64,000 nucleotides of DNA from Gemmatimonadota bacterium (lineage in GTDB: Bacteria > Gemmatimonadota > Gemmatimonadetes > Gemmatimonadales > GWC2-71-9): NCBI GenBank assembly GCA_003222135.1, contig QHUM01000038.1, positions 34,038 through 98,037 on the forward strand, in the 5' to 3' direction. Below, piece by piece: positions 37,101 through 44,994 of the stretch (position 1 is its first letter; the number at the start of each line of letters is the position of its first letter). The position numbers were made by a program, and so were the translations under genes. The notes beneath the pieces were generated by a model. It was not told the DNA's origin. It searched no databases and saw only the letters and a list, made by a program, of their open reading frames with translations.

Positions 37101-38080
37101 GGGGCGACGGCTCGCCCGCGACCACCGGCAGCGTCACGAGCCAGTCCAACCCCATCGGCGCGGCGCACACGTATGCCGCCGCGGGCACGAACGTGCTGCG
37201 CGCCACGGTGACCGACAAGGACGGCGCGGCCGGTGCAGGCAGCAAGGTCGTGACGGTCTCGAGCGTCCCCGCGGCCGTCACGCTGGTGGGCGCTGGCAAC
37301 ATCGCGCGCTGTGACCGTACGGGTGACGAAGCCACGGCGGCTCTGTTGGACGCGATCCCCGGCACCGTGTTCACGCTGGGCGACAACGCCCGCCTCTACG
37401 GGACACCGGCGAATTACACGAGCTGCTACGATCCCAGCTGGGGCCGCCACAAGTCCCGCACCCGCCCGTCGCTCGGCAATCACGAGTACGACTCCAGCGC
37501 GACCGCCGTAGGTCACTTCAACTATTTCGGGGCGGCCGCCGGGCCCCCGGGGCTGGGCTACTACAGCTACGACCTCGGGGCCTGGCACATCATCGTGTTG
37601 AACAGCAGCAACCCCTTTGTCGCCACCGCCGCAGGCTCGCCACAGGAGCTGTGGCTCAAGGCCGATCTCGCGGCGACGGCGAAGCGGTGCGTGCTCGCGA
37701 TGTGGCACAATCCGCGGTTCTACTCGACCACGTCGGCTGCGTTTTATCCCACGACGTCCGTCAAGCCGTTCTGGGACGATCTCTACGCCGCCCGAGCCGA
37801 GCTGATCATCAACGCGCACATGCGCGACTACGAGCGCTTTGCCCCTCAGACGCCAGGCGGCGTGGCGGACCCCGTGAACGGGATCCGCGAGATTATCGTG
37901 GGCACGGGCGGGGAGGGCTTCGACTTGCCGAACACGCTCATCATCCCGAACAGCGAAGCGCAGATCAGCTACGTGTCCGGCGTGCTGCAGCTCACGCTGG
38001 CCGACGGCTCCTACTCGTGGCAGTTCATCCCCGTGGCAGGCCAGACTGCCACCGACTCAGGGAGCGGTACATGTCACTGA
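34106..38080 (+). CDS. 1324-aa secreted lipoprotein-like protein: three purple-acid-phosphatase-like metallophosphoesterase domains separated by PKD-like domains
   Basis: Signal and Cys (AAAILLAGGVFTKC). Three repeats of about 260 aa (nt 34253..35038, 35375..36148, 37277..38077), each with GDNxY, GNHEY, WH.P and GH.HNY.R-type motifs and ending FIPVAG.T.TD.GSG.CH. Poly-Pro linker. Five PKD-like modules (WDFGDGS...SH.YADNGTY / IDWGDGSP...SHTYAAAGTN). Confidence 0.85.
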   Translation: MSRRHVLFRAAAAILLAGGVFTKCRESQAPQQSATAPPPLQASATLAPSVTLVGAGTVASCSSTGDEATAAILDTIPGTVFTVGDNVYPSGSLANYQGCYNSSWGRHSARTRPALGNHEYDTSPTAGDYFTYFGATAGDATKGYYSYDLGAWHIVALNSVASTGAGSPQEQWLRADLAAHPQHCTLAYWHYPRFSSGSTHGSMPQTQPLWQALYDAGADIVLSGHEHNYERFAPQTPGGALDQTRGIREFVVGTGGGAAAYAFGTPIANSEARITGVNGVLRLTLGDGTYAWQFIPVAGKTATDAGSGTCHNSTAPLPPPPPPPPPPTPSVNGGPDLTTHPGDALQLAVGFSDAGANAAPWAYTITWGDGSSSNGTVSSATTPITASHVYSGLGLDSVRVTVTNNLARSGADSLAVQVIALGGVVLVGAGDIADCTRNGDSLTANLLDTIPGTVFLAGDNAYPGGSSTDYANCYDPTWGRHKARTRPVPGNHEYSTAGAAGYFGYFGATAGDPAKGYYSYDLGDWHIVALNSNVAKSAGSPQEQWLRADLAASTKRCTLAYMHHPLFSSGTLADATTQPLWQALYDAGAELVLAGHDHNYQRFRPQTPTGVADPITGIREFIAGMGGAGTFTLGAPLANTEVQNDQTYGVLKLTLYATGYDWKFIPVAGKTFTDAGSGICHDAIGAVNHLPTAAAGGPYSGSEGAAASFDASGSSDPDGDALSYAWDFGDGSTGTGVKPSHSYADNGTYTVALTVTDARGATSAPTTTTATIANVPPAVNAGANQTITLGGSFTLTAGFGDQGVNDTPWAYAIDWGDGSPQTTGSTTSQSNPITASHTYAAAGTNTVRISVTDKDGAAGSGQVTATVTATVNHPPVAGPAGPYSGSEGTAVAFDGGGSTDPDGDALTYSWSFGDGSSGTGIKPSHAYADNGTYGVTLTVTDGRGAPSGPVTTTATIANAGPTVNAGVNQTATAGSAFALSTNFSDPGVKDAPWSYSIDWGDGSPATTGSVTSQSNPIGAAHTYAAAGTNVLRATVTDKDGAAGAGSKVVTVSSVPAAVTLVGAGNIARCDRTGDEATAALLDAIPGTVFTLGDNARLYGTPANYTSCYDPSWGRHKSRTRPSLGNHEYDSSATAVGHFNYFGAAAGPPGLGYYSYDLGAWHIIVLNSSNPFVATAAGSPQELWLKADLAATAKRCVLAMWHNPRFYSTTSAAFYPTTSVKPFWDDLYAARAELIINAHMRDYERFAPQTPGGVADPVNGIREIIVGTGGEGFDLPNTLIIPNSEAQISYVSGVLQLTLADGSYSWQFIPVAGQTATDSGSGTCH
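36164..37267 (+). repeat. in-frame tandem duplication, 2 x 552 nt (two-PKD-module unit) inside the 34106..38080 gene
   Basis: Unit 1 starts GTGAATCACCTACCC at 36164. Unit 2 starts GTGAATCACCCGCCG at 36716. The protein units (184 aa each) are collinear and highly similar (NH.P.A...GPYSGSEG....FD..GS.DPDGDAL.Y.W.FGDGS.GTG.KPSH.YADNGTY). Confidence 0.8.
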
Positions 38081-38095
38081 GATGAGTGACCGTAC

Positions 38096-38614
38096 CTAGC
38101 CTTCGCGGTACGCGCCCAGCAGGCGCCGCAGCAGCACCAGTTGCCCCACGTGATACGCGGTGTGGTCGGCGAGGAGCAGCGCTTCGCGCAGCACGGTTTG
38201 CCCCGTGCCGTGCGGAATGCGGGCGAACAGGTCGGTCGTGGCGTCGCTCACGAGCCGCTCCATCGCCCGGCGGTCCCGCTCCACCTGCGCGACGCTCTTG
38301 TCCCAGGCGGTGTCATCGGGCGGCGCGTCGCTGGACGGCCAGTAGCCCGCCGGCCATTCCGGGGACACGTGCTGCGCGCTGTTCGTGAACTCGACGATAT
38401 CCCACTGCGTGATCCGGATGTGCTCGAGCAGGCGCCAGGGAGTGAACGGCTGTCCCGCCGGCTTCGTCCCCCGGAGTGCAATCGGCCAGTCGGCGATCGC
38501 GTCCTTGAACACGAGGTGGGCGTGCCCGCCGCGCAACAGCTCGTGCACGTGATCTCGCAGCGCACGGTGGGGATCCGCTTGTTTCCGTTTCCGGGGACGC
38601 GGCTTGGCGGCCAT
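38096..38614 (-). CDS. DinB-family (four-helix-bundle metalloenzyme-like) protein
   Basis: ATG 38614 (MAAKPRPRKRK...). C-terminal LLLADHTAYHVGQLVLLRRLLG is typical of the DinB/YfiT fold. Confidence 0.65.
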   Translation of the reverse strand: MAAKPRPRKRKQADPHRALRDHVHELLRGGHAHLVFKDAIADWPIALRGTKPAGQPFTPWRLLEHIRITQWDIVEFTNSAQHVSPEWPAGYWPSSDAPPDDTAWDKSVAQVERDRRAMERLVSDATTDLFARIPHGTGQTVLREALLLADHTAYHVGQLVLLRRLLGAYREG

Positions 38615-38754
38615 GTGGAACTCCGGGAGCGATGTCGGGAGACGGAGTCTAGCACGCGGCCGAACCAGGAGCGAGGGAGCGCGGCTTCCCACCGAGCCGC
38701 ACGGCGCTATACTGTCTGGCCCTGAGCACCCGATCCATGTAGCCGTGCCGGAGA

Positions 38755-40563
38755 GTGAGACCGGTGATCGAGCGCCTGCGCGCGCGTAACGAGTGGAAGT
38801 TCGCGGGCGTCCTGCCCCAGGCCGACCGCGTCCTGGCGGCTGCGTGGTGGACGCTCCTCGTGCTGCGCGGCTTGCTGCCCGCACTGTTCGCCATCGCCAT
38901 GGGGCGCCTCGTGGGAGCGGTCCAGCAGGGCGACCACCTGACAGCGTCGCTGGGGTTGGTCGGCGTCGTGTTCGTCCTGCTGCAGGTCCTCTCGCCGATT
39001 CACCACGCCGTCGGCGCCAATCTCGGGAGCCGCACCGCGGCGTGGCTGTACGACCGCCTCACCACCGCCTGCGTCGGCCCGCCCGGCATGGGCCACCTCG
39101 AGAACCCCGCGCTCACGAGCGACCTCACGATGGCCCGGGATTTCGATCTCGGCATCACCGGCCCGCCGCTGTTCGTCTCGATGGACTTCATCGCCGCCGG
39201 GCTGGTGGAGCTGGTGGGCGGTCTGGCCTCGGCGGTGGTGCTCGCCGCCTACGCGTGGTGGGCCCCGCTCGCGCTCGCCGGTGCGTGGCTGGCCACGCAC
39301 TGGCTGCTGCGTGAGAGCGCCGTGTGGCGCGACCGTGAGACGGCGCAGGTGCGCGAGGCGCAGCGCCACGCGGACTACGCGTACCGGCTCGCGGTGGATC
39401 CCGCGCCCGCCAAGGAAGTGCGGCTGTTCGGGCTGGCCGATTGGGTGATCGAGGAGTTCCGGTCGCGCCGCCGCCGCCTGTTCGAGCTCCGCTGGCAAGC
39501 GACGCGCCTGCGCGAGCGTCCGGTGATCTGGAGCCTGCTCCTCGTGCTCGCCGCAAATGTGGTGGTGTTCTGGTCCCTCGCCGCCGCCGCGACCAGCGGC
39601 CAGCTCGGGCTCGACCGGCTCGTGACGTTCGCAAGCGCCGCGGTGAGCACGAGCATGATCGCGTTCGGCGGCCTGTCGTGGGCGCTCGACGGTGCCGCGG
39701 CGCCCGCCGCCGCGGTGTTGCGTCTCCAAGAATCCATGGCCTCGGCGGGCGCGCTGGTGCGGGGCGAGCGACCGGCCGCGGGGATGCCCGCGCGCGAGAT
39801 CCGCTTCCGCCACGTCACGTTCGGCTACCCCACCTCGGGCGAGCCGGTGCTCGCGGGTTTCGATCTGGCGATTCCGGCTGGCTCGTCGCTCGCCATCGTC
39901 GGGCAGAACGGCGCCGGCAAGACGACCATCGCGAAGCTTTTGTGCCGGCTGTACGACCCCCAGGACGGCGCTATCGAAGTAGACGGCGTGGACCTCCGCG
40001 CCCTGGAATTGGATGCGTGGCGGTCACGCCTGACCGCTGTGTTCCAGGACTTCGTCCGCTTCGAGCTGTCGCTGCGTGACAACGTCGCTCCGGCAGGCGC
40101 TCCGGACGACGTGATCGAGCAGGCCCTCACGGAGGCCGGTGCCGCCGGCCTCGCCGGTCTCGACACCGTGCTCGCCCGCGGCTACCCCGGCGGGACGGAC
40201 CTGTCGGGCGGCCAGTGGCAACGGATCGCGCTGGCGCGGGCGCTGTGCGCCGTGCGGCTCGGCGCCGGGCTGGTGCTGCTCGACGAGCCGACGGCCCAGC
40301 TCGACGTGCGCGGTGAGGCCGAGATCTTCGACCGCATCCTCGCCGCTACGCGGCACGCCACGACGATCCTCATCTCCCACCGCTTCTCGACGGTGCGCCA
40401 CGCCGATCGCATCTGCGTGCTGGAGCACGGCAAAGTGGTCGAGCTCGGCACACACGAAGAGCTGATCGCAGCGGGGGGCCGCTATCGCACGATGTTCGAG
40501 CTGCAGGCGTCGCGGTTCGGCGACGACGGCGAGCCGGGAGCGAGCCTCGATGTCCTCGACTGA
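38755..40563 (+). CDS. ABC exporter, fused permease/ATPase subunit 1
   Basis: Six-TM N-domain. Walker A GQNGAGKTT, signature LSGGQWQRIALARAL, Walker B LVLLDEPTA, H-loop LISHR. Confidence 0.85.
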   Translation: MRPVIERLRARNEWKFAGVLPQADRVLAAAWWTLLVLRGLLPALFAIAMGRLVGAVQQGDHLTASLGLVGVVFVLLQVLSPIHHAVGANLGSRTAAWLYDRLTTACVGPPGMGHLENPALTSDLTMARDFDLGITGPPLFVSMDFIAAGLVELVGGLASAVVLAAYAWWAPLALAGAWLATHWLLRESAVWRDRETAQVREAQRHADYAYRLAVDPAPAKEVRLFGLADWVIEEFRSRRRRLFELRWQATRLRERPVIWSLLLVLAANVVVFWSLAAAATSGQLGLDRLVTFASAAVSTSMIAFGGLSWALDGAAAPAAAVLRLQESMASAGALVRGERPAAGMPAREIRFRHVTFGYPTSGEPVLAGFDLAIPAGSSLAIVGQNGAGKTTIAKLLCRLYDPQDGAIEVDGVDLRALELDAWRSRLTAVFQDFVRFELSLRDNVAPAGAPDDVIEQALTEAGAAGLAGLDTVLARGYPGGTDLSGGQWQRIALARALCAVRLGAGLVLLDEPTAQLDVRGEAEIFDRILAATRHATTILISHRFSTVRHADRICVLEHGKVVELGTHEELIAAGGRYRTMFELQASRFGDDGEPGASLDVLD

Positions 40564-42334
40564 CGACCTGCCTCCCGCCCTGCCCGCCATGTGGCGCGCG
40601 CTCAAGCGCGGCTACGAAGCGGCGCCGTTGCTCTTGACCGTGTCACTCGGCCTGGCGCTCGCCGCCGCGCTGCCGGACGCGCTGCTGGCGCTGTGGTTCA
40701 AGCTGCTGGCCGACGGCGTGCTCGGCGGCAGGCGTGGGCTGGTGACGACCGCCGCCGTGGGGCTGGGCGTATCGGCGGCTGCCACGTGGTTCCTGCGGGT
40801 GATCAGCGAGCGCACCCAGCGGCGGTTCCGCGACCAGGTGACCATCGCCCTCGAATCCCACGTGGCCTGGCTGCAGGCGTCGGTGGCGACGATCGAGCAC
40901 CACGAGCGCCCCGTTTATCTCGATCGCCTCGCGATGCTGCGCAACCAGATCTTCGTGCTCGACCACATGTACATGTCGCTGTTCACGACCTGCGGCTGGA
41001 TCCTGCGACTCGGCGTGACGGTCGCGCTGCTGGTGTCGATCCACCCGGCACTGGCGTTGCTGGCGGCCTTTGCACTGCCGACGGTGCTGACGTCGACCTG
41101 GCGGCCGGGGGTCGAGCGGGCGGCGGAGGAGCGGGGGGCGTCGGCCAATCGCCTGGCGCGGCACCTGTTCGAGGTCGCCACGACCGCGCCGCCCGGCAAG
41201 GAGGTGCGGGTGACGCGCATCGGCGGTCGCCTCGTGGCACAGCGCCGCGCCGCATGGGAGCGCTGGTACGGGCCCGTGGCCCGCGCCCGCGGGCGCAGCG
41301 CCGTGTGGCACGCCCTCGCGTGGGCGGTGTTCGGCGCGGCGTACGTGGGAGCCGTCGTGTTCGTGGCGTCGGTGCTCGCGGCACCGCCCGGCGAGGTGCT
41401 GCTGGTGCTCGCGGCGGGCTCACGCCTCTCGGCGTACATCGGCGGTACCGTGGGCGAGATCGGATTCCTGCGTGGCATCTGGCTCGAGGGCTCCAAACGC
41501 CTGGCCTGGCTGGAGGACTACGCGGCTGCACAGTCGCGCGGCGCCGACCTCCCGGCTCCCGAGCGACTGGGCGATGGTATCCACTTCGAGCACGTGTCCT
41601 TCGCCTACCCGGGCACGGAGCGGCTGGCGCTCGATGACGTGAACCTCCGTCTCACGCCCGGCTCGGTGGTCGCCATTGTGGGGGAGAACGGCGCCGGCAA
41701 GACGACGCTCGTGAAGCTCTTGTGCCGGTTGTATCAGCCGACCAAAGGGCGCATCCTCGTCGACGGGGTGGACCTGGCGCGCATGCCACCCGCCACGTGG
41801 CGGTCGCGCCTCTCGGGTGCGTTTCAGGACTTTTTCCGGTTCGAGTTCCGGGTACGTCACACCGTGGGCGTAGGCGACCTGCCACGCCTCGACGACCGGC
41901 CTGCCGTGGCGTCCGCGGTCGAGCGCGCCGGCGCCAGCGACGTCGTGCGGCACCTCGTGGCGGGGCTCGAGACGCAGCTCGGCCCCACCTGGCCCGAGGG
42001 GGTGGAGCTCAGCTTCGGGCAATGGCAGAAGCTCGCGCTCGCGCGCGGATTCATGCGCGAGCGCCCGCTCGTGCTCGTGCTGGACGAGCCGACCGCGGCG
42101 CTCGACGCCGAGACCGAGCACGCGCTGTTCGAGCGTTATGCGGCGGCGGTCCGCGGATCCGACGACCGCATCACGATCCTCGTGTCCCACCGGTTCAGCA
42201 CGGTGCGCATGGCGGACTTCATCGTGGTGCTGCGCGGCTCGTGCCTGATCGAGTCGGGTACGCACGAGGCGCTCATGACGAAGGGCGGGCATTACGCCGA
42301 GCTGTACCGCATTCAGGCCGCGGCGTACCGCTGA
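40550..42334 (+). CDS. ABC exporter, fused permease/ATPase subunit 2
   Basis: Overlaps subunit 1 by 14 nt. Walker A GENGAGKTT, degenerate signature LSFGQWQKLALARGF, Walker B LVLVLDEPTA, H-loop VSHR. Heterodimer arrangement. Confidence 0.85.
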   Translation: MSSTDDLPPALPAMWRALKRGYEAAPLLLTVSLGLALAAALPDALLALWFKLLADGVLGGRRGLVTTAAVGLGVSAAATWFLRVISERTQRRFRDQVTIALESHVAWLQASVATIEHHERPVYLDRLAMLRNQIFVLDHMYMSLFTTCGWILRLGVTVALLVSIHPALALLAAFALPTVLTSTWRPGVERAAEERGASANRLARHLFEVATTAPPGKEVRVTRIGGRLVAQRRAAWERWYGPVARARGRSAVWHALAWAVFGAAYVGAVVFVASVLAAPPGEVLLVLAAGSRLSAYIGGTVGEIGFLRGIWLEGSKRLAWLEDYAAAQSRGADLPAPERLGDGIHFEHVSFAYPGTERLALDDVNLRLTPGSVVAIVGENGAGKTTLVKLLCRLYQPTKGRILVDGVDLARMPPATWRSRLSGAFQDFFRFEFRVRHTVGVGDLPRLDDRPAVASAVERAGASDVVRHLVAGLETQLGPTWPEGVELSFGQWQKLALARGFMRERPLVLVLDEPTAALDAETEHALFERYAAAVRGSDDRITILVSHRFSTVRMADFIVVLRGSCLIESGTHEALMTKGGHYAELYRIQAAAYR

Positions 42335-42345
42335 GGCTCCGTTGC

Positions 42346-44904
42346 CTAACGGTTGAGCCAGTACGACAGCTTCACCAGGAAGCTGTTGTCGGGCCGGAGG
42401 GTGAACAGATCGCCGATGTCGCCGCCGAAGCCGCGCGTGCCCGCGACACCCGTGGCCCCCTGGCGCCCCTGACTCCACACCACGAACAGCGTCGAGCCGG
42501 GCCGGTACTCCCAGCGGAACACGACATTCGAGCGGAACTGCTTGAAGTTGAATCCTCCGGGATTGTTGGTGACGGCGGTGTCCGCATAGGCCCGATAGCG
42601 GCTCGCGAAGTCCGCCGCGCGCGGTGTCGTCGACAGCTCGCGCACGTTGCCGTAGGTCCCCTTCGAGACGAACGGCTGCGCGTACACCTGCAACGATGTG
42701 GTCGCGGTGAAGGGGTAGGTGAACCGGACGGTCACGGCGAATTGTTTCTGCTCCAGGTGCGCGAACAGATAATGAGTTACCTGACTCGTGTCCGTGGTGG
42801 GACCAAGTGGTTGCACCTCGTTCGTCGTCCGCGTGTAGCTGGGGATGAGCGCCGCCGTGAAGCGCGACGCCACCTTGAAGTCCACTTCCGGACTCAGATT
42901 GATGCTGCGGGACCGCCCGCGGTCGCCCCGCCAGTAGTTGACCCAGAAGTACGGCACGATCGCTTTGCGATCGTCGCCGATCAGACCGGCCCACGGCGCG
43001 AGATACGGATCCTGCCGGACGGCGGGGCCGCCGCGGGAGCAAGAGTAGCAGTACGTCTCGCCCAGCTGCCCCAACGTGCCGCCCGTATGGAACGACCAAG
43101 TGTTGCGGAACGTGATGTGCGTGTTGGTATTGAACGCCCGCTCTTCGGGGAGGCCCGCGGTCGTCCAGTATTGCCACCAGTTGAAATTCCACTGAAACCG
43201 CTGGTACAGGGCGCGCTGGTGGCGATCGAAGTATCCGATCCAGGTGCTCCAGGACTGCTGATCCGCGCGCTGCAGGTAGCCCAGGTCGTTGATCTCGAAG
43301 CCGGCGGAGCGTCGCTGGTAGCTGGTCTGGCCCAGGAGATGCGCGCCACCCACCTTGCTGATCTGCAGCTCCTCGGCATCACCTGCGAGAGACGTGCGCG
43401 TCGTGTCGAATGGGAGCCCCGCGTCGGGCCGCTGGTAGTAGTGGACCGCGTCGCGTTGCGTGGCAGCGATGGCCGGGGCGCTGCCGGCCACCCCGCTCCG
43501 GTCGAGCGAGCCCGCAATCTCGTACACGCCGCCGGTAAAGCGGTGGCGGAAGTCCAGCGCGCCCGCGTACGCGCTGTGGCGGAGGTACGATGCCGTGAAG
43601 AGGTCGTTGTCGCGGTTCACAGCGGTGACGATGCCGCCGATGCTGCTCTCGCCGCCGCGCAGGTCCTGGCGCAGCCGCACGACGCCGTAGTTGGTGGTCG
43701 GCTCGATGGTCGCGCCGCCCGCGCCCGTCACGTGCGTCGTGACGGCGTCGAGGGCACCGATCGTCAGCCCGCCTGGCAGGCGCCCGGTGAGCTTGCCCGC
43801 GCCGAGAATCCTCGTGAAGGCCGGCGACGTGGTGTCCGAGTAGATGCCCGCCAGCTCGGGCGCTCGGCCGATGCGCCGGCTGTAGACCAGCCCTTCGCTG
43901 CTGCAGTTCACGTCGTTGCAGTTGACGTCGAACTGGAACAGGCCGCGTCCGGCGACGAAGAACGGGCGGCGCTCGCTGAAGAACGTCTCGAAGGCGGTGA
44001 GGTTCAACACCCCGGGGTCGGCCTCCACCTGCCCGAAGTCGGGGTTCAGCGTGGCGTCGAGCGTGAAGTTGGACGTGACGCGGTACTTCACGTCCCCACC
44101 GATCGTGACGTCCTGGGAGCGGCCGATCCCCGTCGCGGTGAACTGAGACACATTCTTGGTTACGAGGTAGGGGGCGGCCTCGACCCGGCGCGGCGCCACG
44201 AGGTCGTCCAGCCCGCTGATCTCACCCAATTGCGACACGAACCCCGCCCGCGACTGGCGGAACAGCGGCCAGCTCACGCGCTGGGAGTAGCGATACAGGT
44301 CCCGGTCGACTGTGAAGCCGAAGGTGTGGGTGCGTTCCCGCCCGTACCGCAGCTGCGACAGCGGGATGCGGAATTCGGCGGTCCACCCCAGGGAATCGAC
44401 GCGGGTCGCGACGTCCCACACAGCGTCCCAGGCGAAGTCTTCGTTGCCGTCGTTGTAGATCTGCGCGTCCAGCTTCACGCCCGAGGGGTTGACGCCGAAC
44501 TCGTACCCAGTGCGGCGGTCGTGATACGAGTCGAGGAACAGCCAGATCATGTCGGAGGGGGTGAAATAGTCGCGCCGGGCGAGCACGGTGATGATGCTGT
44601 CGGGGTGCGGATCGAAGGCGCGGACGAACACGTACAGGTTGGCCGCGTCGTAGGCGATTTTCGCTTCGGTCGGGAGCTTGGGCGGTCCCCCCTCGCTGGG
44701 CCGCCATTCCTGAAATCCGGTGATGGGCGGTGCCTCGCGCCATACGGCGTCGTCGTCGCGCCCGTCAATGGCGGGTGGCTGGGCGGCGCGGGTGGCGGCG
44801 ACGCTGGTGGGCGGGTGCCGGTCGGGGGCGGGGCGCGGCGGTCCAGGATCGGCATCCTGACTGGCGAGCGTGACGGCGGCGAGGAGCGGCAAGCCCGGAA
44901 GCAT
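42346..44904 (-). CDS. DUF5916 / CBM9-like domain protein (paralog of 31152..33866)
   Basis: Same block set as the 31152 gene (DGRDDDAVWREAP, LDSYHDRRTGYEFGVNPSGV, SLGWTAEFRIPLSQLRY, NPDFGQVEADPGVLNLTAFETFFSERRPFF, C-terminal VKLSYWLNR). Confidence 0.75.
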   Translation of the reverse strand: MLPGLPLLAAVTLASQDADPGPPRPAPDRHPPTSVAATRAAQPPAIDGRDDDAVWREAPPITGFQEWRPSEGGPPKLPTEAKIAYDAANLYVFVRAFDPHPDSIITVLARRDYFTPSDMIWLFLDSYHDRRTGYEFGVNPSGVKLDAQIYNDGNEDFAWDAVWDVATRVDSLGWTAEFRIPLSQLRYGRERTHTFGFTVDRDLYRYSQRVSWPLFRQSRAGFVSQLGEISGLDDLVAPRRVEAAPYLVTKNVSQFTATGIGRSQDVTIGGDVKYRVTSNFTLDATLNPDFGQVEADPGVLNLTAFETFFSERRPFFVAGRGLFQFDVNCNDVNCSSEGLVYSRRIGRAPELAGIYSDTTSPAFTRILGAGKLTGRLPGGLTIGALDAVTTHVTGAGGATIEPTTNYGVVRLRQDLRGGESSIGGIVTAVNRDNDLFTASYLRHSAYAGALDFRHRFTGGVYEIAGSLDRSGVAGSAPAIAATQRDAVHYYQRPDAGLPFDTTRTSLAGDAEELQISKVGGAHLLGQTSYQRRSAGFEINDLGYLQRADQQSWSTWIGYFDRHQRALYQRFQWNFNWWQYWTTAGLPEERAFNTNTHITFRNTWSFHTGGTLGQLGETYCYSCSRGGPAVRQDPYLAPWAGLIGDDRKAIVPYFWVNYWRGDRGRSRSINLSPEVDFKVASRFTAALIPSYTRTTNEVQPLGPTTDTSQVTHYLFAHLEQKQFAVTVRFTYPFTATTSLQVYAQPFVSKGTYGNVRELSTTPRAADFASRYRAYADTAVTNNPGGFNFKQFRSNVVFRWEYRPGSTLFVVWSQGRQGATGVAGTRGFGGDIGDLFTLRPDNSFLVKLSYWLNR

Positions 44905-44994
44905 GAGGAGCCTGGTCGGAGGTTACCCGGTTAGACGACGAGACCGCGGAAAAGGTTGTTTCAAGAGTCGGCGGCGGAGGTCTAGATTCCGGGC

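Noticed and set aside
36248-37819. 523-aa antisense ORF inside the PKD/phosphoesterase gene
   Set aside because: It is antisense to a gene with clear repeated domain structure. Stop-poor antisense frames are expected at this GC content.
34253-38077. Large DNA repeats, considered as a possible CRISPR array, mobile element or assembly artefact
   Set aside because: The repeat units are 550-790 nt, in frame, and encode recognisable phosphoesterase and PKD domains within one continuous ORF. There is no short repeat/spacer periodicity, no terminal inverted repeats and no transposase.
41722-44934. 1070-aa ORF on the plus strand, the second-longest in the track
   Set aside because: It overlaps the ABC exporter gene in another frame and is antisense to the homology-supported DUF5916 gene. 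Its translation is Arg/Ala/Gly/Pro-rich low-complexity sequence with no recognisable motifs. It is a typical high-GC shadow ORF.
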